DNA from: Thermovirgaceae bacterium | GTDB lineage: Bacteria; Synergistota; Synergistia; Synergistales; Thermovirgaceae | NCBI GenBank assembly: GCA_046542505.1 | Contig: JBKHBH010000069.1 | Coordinates: 1-11,332, forward strand | Length of the DNA: 11,332 bases | Direction: 5' to 3' | Shown: one piece after another, positions 5,206-11,332 of the stretch | Numbering within the stretch: the first letter of the stretch is position 1 | How the letters are laid out: each line of letters opens with the position of its first letter | The notes under the pieces: generated by a model | Database searches by the model: none | What the model was told of the DNA's origin: nothing | The model's input: the letters and a program-made list of their open reading frames with translations, nothing else | Position numbers and translations under genes: made by a program

Positions 5206-7830
5206 TCACATCCTTTCCGCGTTCGGCTGGAAGCGGTTTCGTATCCATTCCATTTCATCTTCTCTTGTTTCAACAAGGCCATCCAATCTCGCCATTTTCA
5301 GCAACCGGAGCATCCTGCCGATGTCAGGCCCTTCCTTGTATCCCAAATCCAGAAGATCCCGACCTTCAAGCATCGGTGCTATTTTCCTCAGTCTCGTCAG
5401 ATACAATAGAATGCGTCGCCGCGCTCTCCATCGCCCCGTCGCAGCCGCCCAGTAAAGAGCGGTAGCCGGATGAACTTCATCCAGGTAGCCATATATGAAT
5501 GAGGAAGGTTTCTCACCTCTTTCACCGAGGATATTCTCAGCCGTTCCAAGGTCGTTTACCCCCTGCTCCACAATCGTTCTCTCCCGTGGATTCAGGTGCA
5601 ACCTGTCCAGAACAGCAAGACGATCTTCTTCAGAAGCTTCGCAAATGAGCGAGGACAAAAAGACGAGCCACGCGTGTTTACCCATATCCGGCAAATCCCT
5701 CACAAACCTTCTTTGAAAGACAGTTATACGTCGCATGGTCCGCATAGCAGAAGCGCCGGGTTGGACTCCCCTGAAAAGCGCTTTCCAGAAACCCAGGGTC
5801 CGGAAACGCCTTACGATATCATGTGGAGCCTTTTCCGTGAAAACCAGTTCAAGCTCGCTTCGGAGCCTGACTCCCGAAAGAAGCGAAACGAGGCCGCCTC
5901 GTATGCTGTTTTTCAAAAGGCGGAGGGTGTTTTCTTCGAGGCTGAAACCCAGCCGTTGCTCAAGACGAACCCCACGAATAACCCGCGTAGGGTCTTCCAC
6001 AAAGCTCAGATTGTGGAGCACCCTGAGGGCTTTTTTTTGCAGGTCCCTTCTTCCTCCAAAGTAATCGACAAGCCTGCCCCAGTTCAACTTGTTTATCGAG
6101 ATCGCCATGGCGTTGACTGAAAAATCACGCCGGTACAGATCATGTTTCAGGGAGTCACTGGAAACACGGGGTTGCGCTACGGGATATTCGTAAAACTCGC
6201 GTCTTGCCGTCGCCACATCGATCTTTCTGCCTCCCGGAAACACGATGGTTCCCGTCTTGAATCTCTGATGAACGGCCACGTGGCAACCGTCGGCCTCCCA
6301 TGACCTGATGAATGAAACGGCATCTCCCTCGATCACAATGTCGAGATCCTCATTTACTCTGTCGAGGAGAAGGTCCCTGACAAACCCGCCTACCACATAC
6401 GCCCTGACGCCCATGGCTTCCGCCCGATCCCCGAGCCTTGCCAGAAGCTGTGTCACCCAGGGTTTGAGTTTCTGCGAGAGGAGTTCGGAAATATCTTCCG
6501 TCCATGGCATTTGCACAGCGATGGAGCGTGTCTCCGAAGGAAGGGACCTCGGATAAAGGGCCCTCAGTATATCCGTTCTCGTAACAATTCCAGTCAGGGT
6601 CATTCGGTCAAGTACGGGAAGCCTTCCAATGTTGTTCAGTACCATGATCCTGTGGGCTTCCGCGATGGATGCCTCGGGCTGTATGGCTATCGGACTTTCC
6701 GTCATGAAATCACCAACGGCTACCTGGCCCAAACCGTGTATTTTCGCCTTGTCAAGGTCTTTCCGCGTTATGATGCCTACCAGCTCGCCCCCATCCACTA
6801 CCGGCAGCGCTGCATGGCCGTAACGGATCATTATCCTGTAGGCATCCTCCACTGCTGCTTTCGGGTCTACTGCGAGAACGGGACTCGTCATGGCCTCCCC
6901 GACGGTAACAGACGGTTCTATGGTCTGAATCAGCCTTTCTTCCAGTTTCTTCATAATTTCCGATGGAGGTGACCCCGTAAGAGTCACTGATGCCGCCTGG
7001 GGATGCCCCCCGCCGCCTAGGGGTCCAAGAAATTTGGCCACATCAAGGATTTCTTCCCTGGACCGTGCGACCACATATGTTCGTTTTTCCATTTGAACCG
7101 CTACAAGGGCGACATCGGCGTCGAAATAGTCGCGGAGCCTGTGAACAAAAAGCGAAAGCCCTTCCACGTAGGAATTGGTTGTCATTTGTGAAAAGACAAC
7201 CTTTGCGCCGTGAACGAATTTTTCCCGCGTGTTCTCCACGAGTGTATCCTGTATCTTACGCTCCGCAGGATCCAGCGTCATTTCTATATACGCCGGAATC
7301 GCCGTCATGTCGGCTCCCATGGAGCGCAATTTCGAAAAAACCTGTATATCCCGTTCCGTTGTGGAACCGAAGGTCAACCCCCCCGTGTCTTCATATATTC
7401 CCATCGCGAAAAGTGTCGCTTCCTGCGGATCAAAAAAGATGCCCTTTTCTACAAGGCGTTCTACGAGAATGGTCGTCGTCGCCCCGACGGGCTCAATAAC
7501 AGTAAAGTCAGCACTGATATCCTCCTGGACAGAAGGGTGGTGGTCATAAACATGTACTGTCAGACCGGGGCGACCGAGGATTGCGGCAAAATCCGCTATC
7601 CGCGACGGGGATCGGGCATCGACGACAACGAGGGTGGAAATTTCCTCCAGATTTACCTGCCTTGGCGTCAAAATCTCCCACCGGCCTGCCTGGCGTTTGA
7701 GAAAGTCTCTCACGTTGCGTCCGGCCGCTCCCGAAAAACAGGGCACTGCCCCCTTGTACAGCTTTGTAGCTGCAATCATGCTTGCTATCGAATCAAAATC
7801 CGCACCAATGTGGGACGTGATAACCTTCAA
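5206..7830 (-). CDS. cca: tRNA nucleotidyltransferase (CCA- or A-adding, class II) with N-terminal DHH/DHHA1 and tandem CBS domains, 874 aa
   Basis: DHH-family motifs H..ADFD, YDHH, EDTG and GGGGHPQAA, then two CBS repeats (MT.PV, LPVV, GII/VTR.D), then VGGFVRD, DLD, RRDFSVNAM and EDPTRVIR. The TTG start overlaps the coaE stop (TTGA). Confidence 0.9.
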   Translation of the reverse strand: MKVITSHIGADFDSIASMIAATKLYKGAVPCFSGAAGRNVRDFLKRQAGRWEILTPRQVNLEEISTLVVVDARSPSRIADFAAILGRPGLTVHVYDHHPSVQEDISADFTVIEPVGATTTILVERLVEKGIFFDPQEATLFAMGIYEDTGGLTFGSTTERDIQVFSKLRSMGADMTAIPAYIEMTLDPAERKIQDTLVENTREKFVHGAKVVFSQMTTNSYVEGLSLFVHRLRDYFDADVALVAVQMEKRTYVVARSREEILDVAKFLGPLGGGGHPQAASVTLTGSPPSEIMKKLEERLIQTIEPSVTVGEAMTSPVLAVDPKAAVEDAYRIMIRYGHAALPVVDGGELVGIITRKDLDKAKIHGLGQVAVGDFMTESPIAIQPEASIAEAHRIMVLNNIGRLPVLDRMTLTGIVTRTDILRALYPRSLPSETRSIAVQMPWTEDISELLSQKLKPWVTQLLARLGDRAEAMGVRAYVVGGFVRDLLLDRVNEDLDIVIEGDAVSFIRSWEADGCHVAVHQRFKTGTIVFPGGRKIDVATARREFYEYPVAQPRVSSDSLKHDLYRRDFSVNAMAISINKLNWGRLVDYFGGRRDLQKKALRVLHNLSFVEDPTRVIRGVRLEQRLGFSLEENTLRLLKNSIRGGLVSLLSGVRLRSELELVFTEKAPHDIVRRFRTLGFWKALFRGVQPGASAMRTMRRITVFQRRFVRDLPDMGKHAWLVFLSSLICEASEEDRLAVLDRLHLNPRERTIVEQGVNDLGTAENILGERGEKPSSFIYGYLDEVHPATALYWAAATGRWRARRRILLYLTRLRKIAPMLEGRDLLDLGYKEGPDIGRMLRLLKMARLDGLVETREDEMEWIRNRFQPNAERM

Positions 7831-8702
7831 TACTGCTGTGCCTCCCGTATCCAGTTGCGAAGCGACTTGTCCGTTTTCCGTATTCTCGCGCTCCTCGGGA
7901 ATTTTCCCTTTTTATGAGCCATTTCCATGATCACCGGGAAAAGACGTTCGGTGGTCACCGCTTCGATCCTCCATGCCCTGGAGATTTCGCCCGATGATTT
8001 TCCCGGACTCATATGTACCGGCACAATCTCCGAAAAGGCGACAAGCCTCTCTTTGCCAAGCCTTTCCGCAAAGTCACGGGCTTCCGCATCGTTTTCCCAC
8101 TCAACCGACAGGGTGACACATGACGCCATTTCACGAAAGACAGCCGCCATGAGCATCGCTGTTCGGAACAGGTCTTCCAGTTCCCCCTCGTTTTCCACGA
8201 CATAATCCGCCAATTCTCTTTTTTTGTCTGAAGAAAGCAGCCAGTCTTCTCTCCGCAGTATTTCCTTTGTTGACCATTTCCTTTTGCTGTTACGCGAAAT
8301 TCTTTGATTCAAGGACGCCGTCACATAAGCTGTTTCATCGACCCACCAGGGCACACTGTTTTCGAACAAGAGCGGGATCTCAGCCACGACCCAGCCATCC
8401 ATCGAGAGTATCCGCCCTTCCATGATGCTCCTGACCAGAGGATGAATGATGCGCCCAAGCCATCTGTACTCCTCTTCATTTTCAAAAATTATTGAAGCAA
8501 TCCGTTTATGGTCGGGATGGCCCTCGTCGGAGATTATTGATTGTCCCCAACGCCTGCAGACCTCCTCGTTCAGGATTCCCTGCTTCCAGATTTCGTCCAC
8601 AATAGCATCTGCACTGACAACAGAGGCTCCCGCCCGTTTCCAGAAGTCCGCCAGAGTGCTTTTACCAGCTCCAATGTCTCCTGTCAAACCGACGACCAGC
8701 AT
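7827..8702 (-). CDS. coaE: Dephospho-CoA kinase with about 100-aa C-terminal CutA-like extension, 291 aa
   Basis: GLTGDIGAGKST P-loop, IIHPLV, EIPLLFE and ADYVVENEG motifs. GGAGG SD lies inside the pcrA 3' end. Confidence 0.92.
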   Translation of the reverse strand: MLVVGLTGDIGAGKSTLADFWKRAGASVVSADAIVDEIWKQGILNEEVCRRWGQSIISDEGHPDHKRIASIIFENEEEYRWLGRIIHPLVRSIMEGRILSMDGWVVAEIPLLFENSVPWWVDETAYVTASLNQRISRNSKRKWSTKEILRREDWLLSSDKKRELADYVVENEGELEDLFRTAMLMAAVFREMASCVTLSVEWENDAEARDFAERLGKERLVAFSEIVPVHMSPGKSSGEISRAWRIEAVTTERLFPVIMEMAHKKGKFPRSARIRKTDKSLRNWIREAQQY

Positions 8703-10641
8703 CGTAAAAAGCCTCCTCGCCCCTGTCTTCGGTTTCCTTGCATTCCTCGGGTATCTCCCAGAGGAACCTGGAGAAACCGTTCCGCAAGATGGAACCGAAA
8801 AGTACTCTTTTCCTCGCCGCTGTCAGATACAAGCGCTCCTCAGCCCTCGTCATTCCAACATAACAGAGTCTTCGCTCTTCCTCCAGCTGGTCCGGATCGT
8901 CCATGCATTTGTAGTGCGGGAATATCGTTTCTTCGAGGCCGGCAATGAAAACAACGGGAAATTCCAGCCCTTTCCCTCCATGAAGACTCATCATGCTGAC
9001 CTGGTCGGCATCAGCGACACTCACCAGATCCAAATCAGTCATAAGGGCGATCTCAGCAAGCATCGCTTCAAGGCCTTCCGCAGGATCAGCTACGGATAAC
9101 AGCTCCTTGATGTTTTCCGAACGTTCCTGCCGTTTTTCCTTCGATTCTGAAGCAAACTCGTTTTCATATCCGATATCCTTGAGGATATAGTGCACAATCC
9201 CAGAAACATCTTCGCGCAGTTTCCATATGCGTCTCAAGTGCCGTCCCAGTTCCGAAGCACCCTTTTCGGCTTTCCCCTTGAGTCCCGCTCCTGTTTCCTC
9301 CAGTTTCGACCAGATATTGTCCGTTTCCGCGGCAGCCGTTTCTCGTATCCAGTTTTCAAGGCGCGCAAGGCTCTTCATCCCAAGTCCCCTGGAGGGGACA
9401 TTCCCTATTCTTTCCAGGGCAGCCGTATCCAGTGGATTCACGGCAAGCCGCATAAAGGCTATGGTATCTTTTATTTCCCTTCGTTCGTAAAAGGCTGTGC
9501 CCCGTACAATTCGGTAAGGAATCCCGTTGCGCAAAAAGACTTCTTCGTACAGTCGGCTCATGGCGTTAATCCTGTACAACACAGCAATGTCGCGGTATTT
9601 GTAGCCCATGCTCCTGAGTTTTCGCATCTCGCCAGCGATGAAATCCGCTTCATCATGTTCGCTTCCCGCCAGGAGCACGTGTACCGGACATCCTGCGTCT
9701 CTTTCGGTCCAAAGCGCCTTCTCCGGGCGCCTGGAGTTGTTCTGGATCACAGCGTTTGCCGCCTGAAGAATGGTTTCAGTCGAACGGTAATTCCTTTCTA
9801 GAAGAAAGACACGGGCGTCGGGGAAATCTTTTTCGAAGTTCAGGATCATGGACATGTCTGCCCCTCTCCAGCCATAGATCGACTGGTCGGGATCCCCGAC
9901 AACCATTACATTTCCCGAGGTACCTGCGAGCATCTTGAGCAGGTGGTACTGCGTCTTGTTCACATCCTGATATTCATCTACCAAGATCCATCGATAGCGG
10001 CTTCGCTCTGCCTCCCGGAGGGATTCGTCTGAAGCCAGCGCCTTGAGCGGCAGAACAAGCAAATCGTCAAAATCCACCGCATGCTGATCTTTTAGAAGTC
10101 CCTCGTACCGTTCGAAGACCGGCCCAAGAGGCGGATCCAGTTTCCGGTATTCAAAAGCCGGCGGGGCAATTTCGCGCTTGCATCGGGATATTTCTTCCAG
10201 GATCCAGTTCGGATCAATCTTTTTCGGATCAAGCTCCTGCTCCTTCAGGATCTTCTTGACGGCTGACTTGCTGTCTCCTCGGTCGAAAACGACCCGGGCC
10301 TGGCGTCCCAAAACGCCTTTCACAACATTACCGTAACGGGAAAGAAATTTCAGTCCGTAGGCGTGGAACGTACTGACATCCATTTGTTCCTGTCCCATTT
10401 CGAGCAGTCTCCTGACTCGTTCCCGCATCTGCCGCGCCGCCTTGTTCGTGAATGTCACGGCCAGAATCCGAGAGGGGCTCAGGCTCTCCTCGGAAACGAG
10501 GTAGGCGTACTTGTAGGTCAGTACCCGTGTTTTTCCGCTTCCTGCACCGGCCAAAACCAGCATGGGGCCGCCCGTATACCTGACTGCTTCCGCCTGCTCA
10601 GGGTTCAGTGTCGAAAGCAAATCGGGAAGGGTTTTTTTCAT
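8662..10641 (-). CDS. pcrA: ATP-dependent SF1 DNA helicase PcrA/UvrD, 659 aa
   Basis: LNPEQ, AGAGSGKT, TFTNKAA, STFH, VDEYQD, VGDPDQSIYGWRGA, NYRST, KGLEFP and EEERRLCYVGMTRA motifs. ATGA overlap with the hypB stop. Confidence 0.96.
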   Translation of the reverse strand: MKKTLPDLLSTLNPEQAEAVRYTGGPMLVLAGAGSGKTRVLTYKYAYLVSEESLSPSRILAVTFTNKAARQMRERVRRLLEMGQEQMDVSTFHAYGLKFLSRYGNVVKGVLGRQARVVFDRGDSKSAVKKILKEQELDPKKIDPNWILEEISRCKREIAPPAFEYRKLDPPLGPVFERYEGLLKDQHAVDFDDLLVLPLKALASDESLREAERSRYRWILVDEYQDVNKTQYHLLKMLAGTSGNVMVVGDPDQSIYGWRGADMSMILNFEKDFPDARVFLLERNYRSTETILQAANAVIQNNSRRPEKALWTERDAGCPVHVLLAGSEHDEADFIAGEMRKLRSMGYKYRDIAVLYRINAMSRLYEEVFLRNGIPYRIVRGTAFYERREIKDTIAFMRLAVNPLDTAALERIGNVPSRGLGMKSLARLENWIRETAAAETDNIWSKLEETGAGLKGKAEKGASELGRHLRRIWKLREDVSGIVHYILKDIGYENEFASESKEKRQERSENIKELLSVADPAEGLEAMLAEIALMTDLDLVSVADADQVSMMSLHGGKGLEFPVVFIAGLEETIFPHYKCMDDPDQLEEERRLCYVGMTRAEERLYLTAARKRVLFGSILRNGFSRFLWEIPEECKETEDRGEEAFYDAGRRFDRRHWSW

Positions 10642-11294
10642 TGCCGCTTCTCCATGAGCCAGCGTTCGAGCAGATCCGACCAGGCTTCGATTCCCTTGCC
10701 ATTCAAGGATTCAACCTCCAGGCAACTCGCCAGGGGATTCAGCCTTTTTACATCGGACCAAAAGAGCTCGCTGTCAAAATCGATATAGGGGACAAGGTCG
10801 ACCTTCGTCAGCACCACGGCACCGGATTCATGGAAAAGATGAGGGTATTTCAAAGGTTTGTCGGCGCCTTCCGGGACGCTGCACACGGCCACCTTGTAAT
10901 CCTCCCCCAGGTCAAATTCCGCAGGGCAAACAAGATTCCCCACGTTTTCCACGAAAAGGACGTCAAGACTCGAAAGATTTATTTCCTCAAGGGCTTTCCA
11001 CAAAAGATGCGCTTCCAGGTGGCACCCTCCCTGGGTGTTAATCTGCACCACGGGCGTCCCCGTTTTCGATATCCTTTCCGCGTCTCTCGATGTGGCCACA
11101 TCACCTTCTATGACTGCGCAGGAAAGGGCGGTTTTCCCAAGAGTGGCTTCCAGAAGGGTTGTTTTCCCCGCCCCGGGCGATCCAATAAGGTTCACCACAA
11201 GAGTACGCTTTTCCCTCATTCGTTCCCGGATCCGCATAGCGTATTCTTCGTCAGCGGCGAGAACAGAACGCTTAATATTGATCTTCCTCGGCAT
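10638..11294 (-). CDS. hypB: Hydrogenase nickel incorporation GTPase HypB, 218 aa
   Basis: GSPGAGKTTLLE, VIEGD, GGCHLEA, ENVGNLVCPAEFDLGE and KPLKYP motifs. GGAGG SD before ATG 11294. Confidence 0.96.
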   Translation of the reverse strand: MPRKINIKRSVLAADEEYAMRIRERMREKRTLVVNLIGSPGAGKTTLLEATLGKTALSCAVIEGDVATSRDAERISKTGTPVVQINTQGGCHLEAHLLWKALEEINLSSLDVLFVENVGNLVCPAEFDLGEDYKVAVCSVPEGADKPLKYPHLFHESGAVVLTKVDLVPYIDFDSELFWSDVKRLNPLASCLEVESLNGKGIEAWSDLLERWLMEKRQ

Positions 11295-11331
11295 CTGTTT
11301 CCTCCACCTCCAGTGATTCGATCTCAAGTTC
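11272..11331 (-). CDS. hypA: 3' end of probable hydrogenase maturation nickel chaperone HypA (...ELEIESLEVEETDAEEDQY*)
   Basis: Read by hand; not in the ORF track. It matches the typical HypA C-terminal ELxIxSxEV pattern and lies directly upstream of hypB, overlapping it by 23 nt. Confidence 0.65.
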   Translation of the reverse strand, partial: ELEIESLEVEETDAEEDQY

Positions 11332-11332
11332 C

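Noticed and set aside
4155..11316. Numerous plus-strand ORFs (e.g. 4377-5165, 7210-7917, 8446-9099, 9190-9801)
   Set aside because: They are antisense shadows of well-supported minus-strand genes.
1..11332. CRISPR arrays, tRNA/rRNA genes, transposases, integrases or defence genes
   Set aside because: I saw no regularly spaced repeats, cloverleaf or rRNA signatures, or mobile-element or defence motifs.

Overview
An 11.3-kb bacterial chromosomal segment made up mostly of housekeeping genes. The gene content and fusions suggest an anaerobe, possibly Synergistota (tentative). On the minus strand is a tightly coupled operon: hypA (3' end)-hypB-pcrA-coaE (with a CutA-like C-terminal extension)-DHH/CBS/tRNA nucleotidyltransferase-M50 site-2 protease-surE. 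Next is argG, transcribed separately from a perfect sigma70 promoter through an Arg-specific (AGA) T-box riboswitch. Then come acyP (+), a divergent AlaX-type aminoacyl-tRNA editing gene (-), and about 360 nt of promoter-led, apparently structured sequence with a small ORF before a gene cut by the window edge. The most interesting item is the argG leader. An Arg-codon-rich upstream ORF with its own SD runs into T-box Stem I and stops in its apical loop, and its Arg cluster is complementary to Stem I. This suggests a hybrid ribosome-stalling attenuator/T-box. All structures were paired by eye; no folding or database searches were run.
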